A DNA stretch of 64,000 bases from the NCBI RefSeq assembly GCF_003918875.1, contig NW_025766747.1:1116001-1180000 (forward strand), in the 5' to 3' direction. The notes under the pieces are model-generated. The model worked only from the letters and a program-made list of their open reading frames with translations, did no database searches and was not told the origin of the DNA. This DNA is from Haliotis rubra (taxonomy: Eukaryota). Shown one piece after another: positions 54,673 to 64,000 of the stretch (within the stretch, counting starts at the first letter, position 1; every line of letters starts with the position of its first letter). The position numbers and the translations under genes are program-made.

Positions 54673-55719
54673 TCATGCTTCGATGAACAAATATAACGCA
54701 AGAAGTAAGCCAATATTTATTCTCTATGAACATCTCTCATACCAAACAAAATAATACGTGCATATGCAAGTTAAAATTATACATAAATTGAAAAATACCG
54801 GCTTTCCTATGACAGTTCTATAAACATTTAGCATGTAGGAACGAACCAGAAATACTTCATGTAAGAACACCAATGATAAGATAGTGACAGTGAAGAACTA
54901 GTGAGTGAATGGGGTTTAGCGCTGTTGTAAACAGTATTCCACTTATATTACTGAGTGACAACATGATGTGAAGGACAGCCGAAGTTATGAAGGTTTCATA
55001 GGTTTACAACTTCGGTGAAACCCACTGGTATGGTCCATGGTTTAGACAGGTGTAGAAATATAACCAGGGGGACCGAGATTGGAACCTTGATCATAATGGC
55101 CCTTATAAATGTTTTAGAAGATAACTAACAACGCAAGCCTTGCAAGTGTTATGACTTTCAAGAAGCATGGAATAAACAAGTAGTTTCTTTATCCTTACTG
55201 ATTTCTTTAGTGACGGATTCGAAATTAAATGTCATCTTCGTAATCATAAAACCTTAGTAAAATGTTCATGTAGTTCACGTACTGTATTACTAACGACTAC
55301 TAAGCAGACCTCGCCTGGGAATTACACCTGTATACCTGTCTGGCATACACATTGCACATCATCAGTGCATGCGTTGGTAAACTATCATATCAATACATGA
55401 TTTAAACTTTATATCTGAATAGATTTTGGAATCAATATTATAACGCCAAATATCTTAATGAGTTCTTAACTGTTTATGTACCAGTTCACAAGACAGCATG
55501 ACCATTTTGTCAAGACCAAATATACCATCATTTCAGAGATCATCGTCTTAACCTTTTTAATTCTTAAAGTTTTCGTGCTTATATTCATGGCATCGTGTCG
55601 ATTTAAATTTTGACATGTTCATCATCTCACAAGTTTGTATTTTTAATGAAAATACTGAACTAGAAACATTGAAATATATCCTTGAGTCCAGGGAGTGAAG
55701 CCGTAACATTTGCACATCT

Positions 55720-58700
55720 CTAGTCCTTCTGATTTACACCTGCAAAAGGAGGTACAATATCATCGACTGAAGTTTTGTACCATTACTCAAAATACTTCAT
55801 TCTTCCAAGTAGAAATATGCATGTATCAACCGTTTTGGGGGGTAGACGTCCAGCTCTTAGAACATTTACAGCTCTTAGTTGTGCCTTGTCAAAGCAATAA
55901 AAGTGGATTTTTCAGAGTCGATTGACACTCTGCGTATCTAACGAATATAATAAAAACTGTGATCCACTCACGTATTCTTCTTACTCTTCGCTTCGAGGTA
56001 CCATCAATTCTCTTTTCGTGCCAGTCCTTGAAGAGTACTCTAAAACTGTAAGATATTTATAAACAATGACACTGTCAAATAAACGAAGAATTGTGTGTTT
56101 TTTATAGAAAATCGAGAAATGATTTTCCTAAATATGTTTTTTAGACCATACTATTATTATACATACATCTTGTGTTCAATACTAGACACACTATCTGTAA
56201 TACCTCTTCTTCTTCTGGCGATGAAGACACTCAGTGCCAGCCATAATACCGTGCAAGGCTTTCAACAAATACATTGGCAACACATACATCTTTGAAGTAT
56301 CTATCTTCGCAAATAACTGCAATATCCTGAAAATTGCTCATCCCGTTTCTTATTATTTGTTTTCAAACCTGCATTCTAAAGCGTTCTTTCACAACATACA
56401 TACACCCTACTCAAGTAGCCTTAAGTTGTTATTACCTTGTGTTGTCTCTCTGTATCACACACGATCCTGTGGGGCGTCTCAGGTATTCCTTCTCCAGTTT
56501 GTGCATCTCCCGGTCTCCATACAACCGCCATTCATCTGACCCAGCCTCCCACTGCCACGCCCACTGTCCTACACCTGGTGCTTCTGCAGCAGCTGTTTAT
56601 AAGAGATGAAACAGTCTTACGTTTACATCAGAAAGATTAAAAAAAACATTAACATGGTTAAGACAAAGCTTCTCAGAAACACCAAAAAGTAATTTTAAAA
56701 AGTATTAAGTTATTCACATCATGTATTTAACATTTGTTTTATGTAGATATCAATCTGCAAATATCCTTAAACATTTAAGTGGTTATGGCAATGCATCATT
56801 TACCGTCATCTGGTAACGCTTGTCCAGGAGCGGCATCAGTTTCAAAGGAATTCATTTCAGTCTGAGTAAGCTCCATCAAACACTCGGCAGGATCTCTGGT
56901 CAGATAGACAGAAACATATACAGTATTTTGTGTCCAATATATCCGTCGTTTGTGTGAACACATTAGTTTTACTTTTACAGTTACATCAATGAACATGTGA
57001 ACCGGTAGAGAATATTGTTTGAGAAATTGACACATTTCAAACATACGGAGGTCTTCTTGTACCTGATAGACAAATCCAACTTGTCACCCTTCCCAAATCT
57101 GTATTCGTTGATGTGACCGTTTCGATTCCATCGGACCTACATAAGAGTTTATTTCATTCATTATTATACAAGTTTATAGATGTGCACAGGCAGAAATGTA
57201 AACCAAAATAGTTCTTATGTTCCCATACATTTCAACAATTGCAATTACCGCTAAAACGCTTCTCTATATCTATTTACAACACTGTTACCTTTACTTTGCC
57301 CCGGTTGTTTTTGCGGATGACAACCCCTATGCCCCCTTTGCCTCCATCCTGGTCCAAATATTTGTCCTTCCAGTCCGAACCTGTGGTTAGACATTTGTGT
57401 GTGTTAATTGTTTCAAGCTCATAGTAGTACACGTGACTAAGCTTAGCTTATCTTAACGTCACAGAACAATACAATATTGCTACAATACCGATGGTCCCTA
57501 TTACCAATGTGAAAACAGATGCTAATGAACCTGCATCTAATAACTTGGTACACTCAAACACAACTATGTGAAACATGCTTGTTTCGAAGTAAAATTTTAT
57601 CCTTCGGATCACTCGAAGCAATTGCTAATGTCCGTCCGACCTCGACACAGATGTGTATGACTGTGTATATTATGCTTATTGTGTTATTAAAAGCCTTTCA
57701 CCTTGTGAAACTTCAAAGAGTAAGGATTAAACTGTGTAAACATTGACGCTTATTGTATATGGAAATACCATAGGGGATATTCGATCAGGACATGACACCA
57801 TACACAAGACGTATATTAAGATGATCTTTCTTTTCAGGTCACATGTTTAAGGATACGGACGTGCATATGTAATGTTCCATGTTCATGAGAAACCTAACGT
57901 ATTTCTTTACCTCGTGTCACCTCACAGCCGATCTCTATCACCAGTTCCGATGGAGTTATCCTTGGTTGGTCGTGCACTACGATCACATCCCTTGCGTTCT
58001 GATAACCATACCGATATTGCTGACACTCGCCATTGTCCCATGCAACCCATAGCAGCTCTGTTACAATAAAGATACATACTATCACAACTTTCAAATATGA
58101 AATGGAGCAAAATCGTAATTTTTTTAATTTTTACTATGCAATATCAAAACCTAAACAATGGAATGGATAATATTGTATTGCCTTAAATTACTCTGATATT
58201 ATATTCATGAAAGAGATTCACTTTTGTCATCGTCGTCTCCTTCAGTGTGATTGATGACTGTCCCTGGACCCTGTGAGTCCTGGTTTCCCCATTTCCACTG
58301 TGGACCACGGACAACTCGAGACCCAAGCCGGGGCAGGCTCTCATCTTTGAATTCCACCACGTTTCGAAAATTTTGGGTAAGAATCTCCGTAGAAAAGGCA
58401 TGACTGGCAAGTCTCTGTTCGATCTTTTCTTCAATTGCAGTAACAACAGTTTCCTGAACAAATAAGTAAAGTATAGACACGTACATCTGCTATCATAAGA
58501 CAATTGTTAAAGGCACAATGTCACACATTTTCGACAATAGTTTGGCTTTATTATATATATTGGGGCATATGCACTCACTTTAGCTTCATATTGACGCAAT
58601 AAAAGACTTAATATCCCTTACGACTTGAAATCGATAATTGCAACTTTGAAGCGACCAGAGAACACTTGCCATATATGGAATGTAAACAAATGCTGGAACT

Positions 58701-61700
58701 TTTTAATGTACGTACGTACTTTTTGGAATAAATTATATGGTAGCTTCCCTGAGGACTGATAGTTAGTATTCCTGAGAGAAATATATTTTTTTAGAGAAGT
58801 GTGTATGATATATTGCCTTCAAATGCATGTTCAGATAAAAGTAATCAATTGTATAATTATTCGACAAACTGACCTTGTCATCAGTGTCCAAATGTTTGTC
58901 AATTCCGTTTACTACGGCAACAATGTCATCAGAATCAACTTCGGTTTCCTCCTCAGATATAATCTTTTTCTTGATGACCGCATAAGATTGTCCAATAAGA
59001 ATCTGCAAGTAAGTATTGAGTGTTATACATATGAGTACATCTTCATAATACCAATTGCTTACATTGAAAATTTACAGGATATGGCTTGTAACTTGTGTGG
59101 GTTAATAGACTGAGGCAGGACAATTCACCAACAGGTGTAAGACATGGTGGCTTCTTGGACAAGTATATATCATTATACTGCAAGAAATACCTGAATACGC
59201 TGATACTTGCAAAGATCACCAACATCTTCACGTTCTACAAGCACGCCGTTATCCATGCTTCCCAAAGTCTCCAGAAAATCCTGAAAATTCCGTATAATAT
59301 CTAATTAATGAGACGATACAAATCTTTAACTGATTTACTACGGTACCCTTTTTGTGTGAGGAATTAAAGCAAATTTACAAGTATTGAGGCATATGTTTAC
59401 ATTGTAAACACAAAAGTAAACCAAAAGGTCCACACACTGTTTTTGTGTCTGCACTCACTGACATTGAGTACGGGTACAGCAGTGAAGTGTCATCAGCCGG
59501 CCGTTTCGGCTGTCTCTCATGGTAGCATCTTGAACTGCTCATTTGTGACGTCATTTGGAATTTACGTCACAATATGATTTGAATGATGTCATCACAGCTG
59601 ACGACGTGACAATACAATGGTGTGAGCGATGTTTGTATGTATTAATACGCAGCGAATTTCCGGGAATCGAATACCATTTGATCACGTTTTTCAACCAATC
59701 AGATTAAAGAACACAGTCACTTTGGGTTTACAATTTGCATTAGTTCAAAAGGTAAAACAAACATATATTAACTGTACCCTGTTTGTGTTGCCAATAGGAA
59801 CCCACACAAACGGATTGGGGAATGCGGTCTCACTTTTCCTTTCACCGAATTCTTCCATCAGTCTGACAACCCGACGTTCTTCCTGTACAACAAGACAGAT
59901 TAATTGTTATCACGTTTTGGTTTTCAATCAACTGAGTCCAAAATATACACAAAGGGGACAAAACCCGCATTCACAAATCTCTGCTAAGCAATAGTTTTTA
60001 AATACCTACAACACCTGTGCTTGGTTCAGTCTTCTTGAAGATGTCGTTGTAAACAGTTGCTTGTAAAAGGCATAAATGAAGTACTAAATGGTTTGGATAG
60101 CCTCATGAATTTACCGCATGTATCCACTCGGATCCTTGAAATATGGACTGAGACTCACACTCTCCATATCCCCAACGTGATCAGTACTTCCAAGTTCATC
60201 AGCAGTACTTCCATCCGTAATGACGATTACTCTGGGTTGAACTCGATGAACACCCTTTATGTCAAGATCACCACCTGCATATAGAATTATTATATACTGA
60301 AAGGCAAAAGAAATGTCGTAATATTGGAAATGTCATTTAAGTATCAATTGAACATTTGAACCTATTTTTTCAAAATAATACGCCACTGAAATGCAGTACC
60401 GACTTTCATCAGAGAAGATAACCCCTCTCCATTGTCCCCCACGACAGTTTTGCCGCTGTTGTGTCCACTTGGATACGTTCCCGGCGATGACGTTGGGTGA
60501 ATATGGGTCTCCTGGCAGGACATCGACAAAACAGGTTCCTGGCTTGGAGACGTCGCCGAATGGTAGGTCACTGACTGGTCGCTGGTGGTTTCCTATGGTC
60601 ACCCACGCTGTTTCTCTGCCCCTTGCGAATAGGTTTTTAAACGTGTTGATGGACGATATGACGGTCCTGGCGACGTGTAGTTACACGGGGTTGACCACTA
60701 CGTGGACGGTCATCAGTGCTGCTGGTGGCGTTGTATCGCATTCTAAGACGTTCTATCGTTCGTACGCTGCAACTGAAGTCATTAGCAATGACTCGAGCAT
60801 GTTGACCAGCGTGCAGACGTCCAATAGCTTGCTGTGGTTGATCTCTCGTTAACCTAGTCATAGCTGCTGTGATCAGAAAACAAGTGAACGGTTGCCGTTC
60901 AAGCCGGCAATTTATTCCTGAATGCATTTCAATGTTGTGTTTGTTGGAACTTTTCCCTCTCCAAAAACACAAAAACATTTCTAACTTCAATCTCAAACAA
61001 TACTTTATTGGGCAATACAGGCTATACGACCACGATTCATGTTTCCTCAAACTTGACTTCGGTGTATATTAAAAAAAATAGGTTCAAATACTCCATTGAT
61101 ACTCAAATGTCATTTCTAATATCATGACGTTTCTTTTGCCTTTCAGTTTATCTACAAACAGGGTTTGTTGGAGTTAGCATATAATGTTAACGTTGGACGC
61201 CAGTCCGTACCATTGCATAAGAAAGACTCCAGTGTTGTAAAAGGAAAAGTGAAAGCAACCTACCTCTTCCCAGTATGGCACAAAGGCAGACTAGAAGTGT
61301 TTCGAACATCCAAGAGCGTCCACCAATGTGTAAGTTCTCTGGAAAGGTGAAATTGCATTAAACGTTGAGCTTTGTAGACCTAATCAGAATGGAAGATTAG
61401 TTCATTCTTTGTTAATATGATCATGTGAATAAATCAGTTCTTTATATTGCCCGTTTTTTTGTTTTGTAGGAGAGAAACTGACTAACCTATAACAGCCCTG
61501 AGACTTGAGTAGTCATTACTAAGGTGATGAACGATGCGGGCGGGGCCTCCACAGGACACGATGGCAACGTTCTCCTCCATCTCATACTCAGCAGCAGCAT
61601 CTTCAACTCCTGAACATACACAAGTCACACAGATTTAAGTAAAGGAATATTTCATAACGTGTAGAATATTAAGGCGAAACTTTGTTGTGGAGTTCTTGCC

Positions 61701-64000
61701 TTGAGTCTAGAAACACGCGTGAACTGTTTATTCAGCAAGATTGTGGCTACTCACCGTCTATAAAACTATATGCGGTTTCCTTCATCTTTTTAATTCCTCG
61801 CTCGCTCATTGTGCTCGACGTGTCCAGACACAAGATTGTATGGAGGCCCCTGGCAGTTGGAGGCATAGGAACATCTATATACCGAAACCAAACACAGAGA
61901 ATTTAGTTATAGAGACATACCACCAACTGTCACTTTGTCAAATAATTTTTAGATCAAACAAGAAATTATTGCAGCACTTTCAATGCCTACCATCCTTCAT
62001 TGCAGATTCCACGGTGGCTACCAATCTCTGAACCCCAGCTGAAGTTCCTTGGACACCATAGCGACTGAGGAAACTTCGTGCCTTACCTAAGAATTTAAAA
62101 ACATTTTAATTAATTGCAATAAGGTTTTTTTAAGCTCCTAAAGCATTAGTAACATACTTTGTTGAATATGAGATAAACTACATATCATTCTAATGATCGT
62201 AATGGTGATGAAATAGCCTTATTGTGAACGGCGGATTATACTGGTAGAGTAGAATATGCCAACCCTATTAGAGAACACCTAGTGTCGTCACTGATTTTCG
62301 GTGATCTATTCATCTAATTTTCGTCTATCATGCTAAAATGGTATCTGTTTCGTCGGACGATTGAGACTGATTATTCCCAGTGGTTGAGGAGTGATATTGT
62401 TCAATCACGGCTTCATGAAAGGCATGCATCTCTAACACTGCATGGAATATGTCAATTGTCATTAGAATGAAAACGATTTTACCTACCGCCGGTGCTGCCA
62501 TCTAGTACCGATGAATGCAAAGTCTCCACGGGTAAACTGGATCGACAAAACGTTCAGAAAATTAAGACTGAACACAACAAACGCTAAACACAAAATAATC
62601 GAATTACATACATAATATGGTGCCCTACATACAACAAAAACATTTTCAGAAGACCCAACAGTGTTGTTTTGCAAAAGTAAATGCTTTGATGATGATGTTA
62701 GATTGAAAATACATTGAAAAAATGTAAGGCACCCTACCCAGGAGGATCATCTTCGGAGCGACTGTCCAGTTCTAGGCAAGTTTCATTTCTTGTAGTGACG
62801 GATGGTGAATGGTCTTTTCTAGCATCCTCCCCGGACAGCGTTGATTTGAAGACAGACTGGTGTTCGGGATACGTATCTTTCATCTCCTCAGTGGAGGAAT
62901 AGTTAGCAGGTTCTTCATCGTCAGAAAAGCAGTTATCATTATGAGACACTTCCGACGTCGTGGATGGGGTGGTAAAAGAGTTCTCCCGTTGGGATTGCTC
63001 CATCCCTGACTTTCCTTCAAACGAACCGGGCATTATTTGCTCTTCTTCAGACCCTGTGTCCACTTCCTGTTGCTCAAAGCCTAAGTTCGTGATGCTATCA
63101 TTACCAGTTTCTGCCGTGTGCCCGGTAGTGCCATGGAGAGAAACCAGCGTATCATGCTGGCATCCTCTAGTTTCATCAGAGATACCAGCACTCCTTCCAT
63201 TGTGAGTTTTGTCGACCAACTGATGAACAGAGTGAGCCAGCTGCTCGACTGAGTGCCTTAGCTCCTCGTTGAATGCCTTCTGCTCATCAAACCGTTTTCT
63301 AACATCGATCTTTTGACGATGTATATTTTCCTCCAATAAGCCGAAACGAACATCAATCTCAGAATCTAAAAGTAGATTACCTCCTGTCATTGTCATGTGA
63401 AGACTAATACAGTTACCAGGCGAGACAGTTACCTGGTTAGTTATATAATACATTCAGTACAAGTTCTAAGATTTCTTACCGTTGTGTGAAGTGTCCAGAT
63501 TCTGTGACCCTCCCGATTTGGAACTGTTTGAACAAAAGTAAATCATGAATTAAAGAAACATCAATGCAACAGCTTTCGTTAGTTATCATCTACATATAGT
63601 AACAAAGCACAAAAAGACGTGGAGACGAAGTGATCAGGCAGTTAACTTTTAACAGCATTTATCAATAAATGAATATTAACAGCAAACTCATCTATTCTGA
63701 ATACAAGAAGAGGTATAATGTACTTACCTTGTGTCCCCCTCTCGCACAATCATGACAGGCACATCTTCACTCTCAGTCTCCGATCCATATATGGTCATGG
63801 TAAATTCCATATCTTCAGCTACGAAATCCTGCTCTTGGTCCTGTACATGCAGAGTAAGATCAAGTGAAATATTTGTGTTTGTGGACTCTGAAAACGCACA
63901 CTTCAAGATATTTTCCAGCTCACCAACACGAGATGCTAAGTTGTCAAAACCGCCAGAACTGCGATGAAGGAGTTCTAGAGCAAATGGTTGACTTTGTACT
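55720..64000 (-). CDS. Paralogue D (5' end outside the window): N-terminal unannotated domain - VWA - 2x MIB/HERC2 - WWE protein
   Basis: Exons (approx.): >64000-63729, 63523-63480, 63384-62738, 62536-62487, 62086-61991, possible microexon 61932-61921, 61874-61755 (HTILCLDTSST), 61609-61487, 61338-61264, 60275-60159 (RVIVITDG), 59882-59778, 59280-59191, 59002-58874, 58453-58222 (LPRLGSRVVRGPQWKWGNQDSQGPGTV), 58058-57911, 57380-57289, 57136-57063, 56896-56804, 56590-56436 (WAWQWEAGSDEWRLY, WWE), 56045-55972, 55739-55720 (TAG, tentative). Confidence 0.86.
59401..59734. mobile_element. MITE in an intron of gene D
   Basis: Terminal inverted repeat ATTGTAAACACAAAAGT / ACTTTGGGTTTACAAT with internal TGACGTCA-type motifs. 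Confidence 0.6.
60297..61146 (-). mobile_element. Internally deleted Tc1-family transposon in an intron of gene D
   Basis: About 80-bp imperfect TIRs (CTGAAAGGCAAAAGAAATGTC...GAACCTATTTTTT / AAAAAATAGGTTC...GACGTTTCTTTTGCCTTTCAG). Transposase N-terminus MTRLTRDQPQQAIGRLHAG...PRSGQPRVTTRRQDRH, truncated after FSDESRYCIS. Confidence 0.92.

Noticed and set aside
52987-54754. Cys-rich ORFs of 270-370 aa
   Set aside because: A 47-bp satellite that is open in all three frames, cycling through the same peptide.
11301-64000. Naming the genes mib1/mib2, herc2 or deltex
   Set aside because: I saw no ZZ finger, ankyrin repeats, RING, HECT or Deltex C-terminal domain; only individual modules are shared.

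Overview
Eukaryotic, AT-rich, intron-containing animal DNA. It looks molluscan and possibly abalone, which is an inference from the tRNA-derived SINEs, Tc1/mariner fossils and MITEs. The main content is a tandem cluster of four diverged, multi-exon paralogues: A (minus, ~11.3-20.3 kb), B (plus, ~23.6-35.1 kb), C (minus, ~38.5-48.1 kb) and D (minus, ~55.7 kb to beyond the window end). I reconstructed them by hand from GT/AG boundaries and cross-paralogue alignment. All four encode the same architecture: an unannotated ~110-130 aa N-terminal domain, a coiled-coil/disordered spacer, a VWA domain (MIDAS DxSxS...TDG), a helical linker, two MIB/HERC2 domains and a C-terminal WWE domain. I saw no catalytic RING, HECT or PARP domain. 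A and B are head-to-head around a region carrying a perfect NF-kB-type site next to a TATA box, and B alone has a UIM-like exon. The rest of the window is large satellites (1-11.3 kb, 35.1-36.8 kb, 49.2-51.3 kb, 52.4-54.7 kb), intronic minisatellites, two Tc1 elements, one decayed mariner, MITEs and SINEs. Most long ORFs in the supplied track are satellite artefacts. Exon coordinates are hand-derived and may be off by a few bases.
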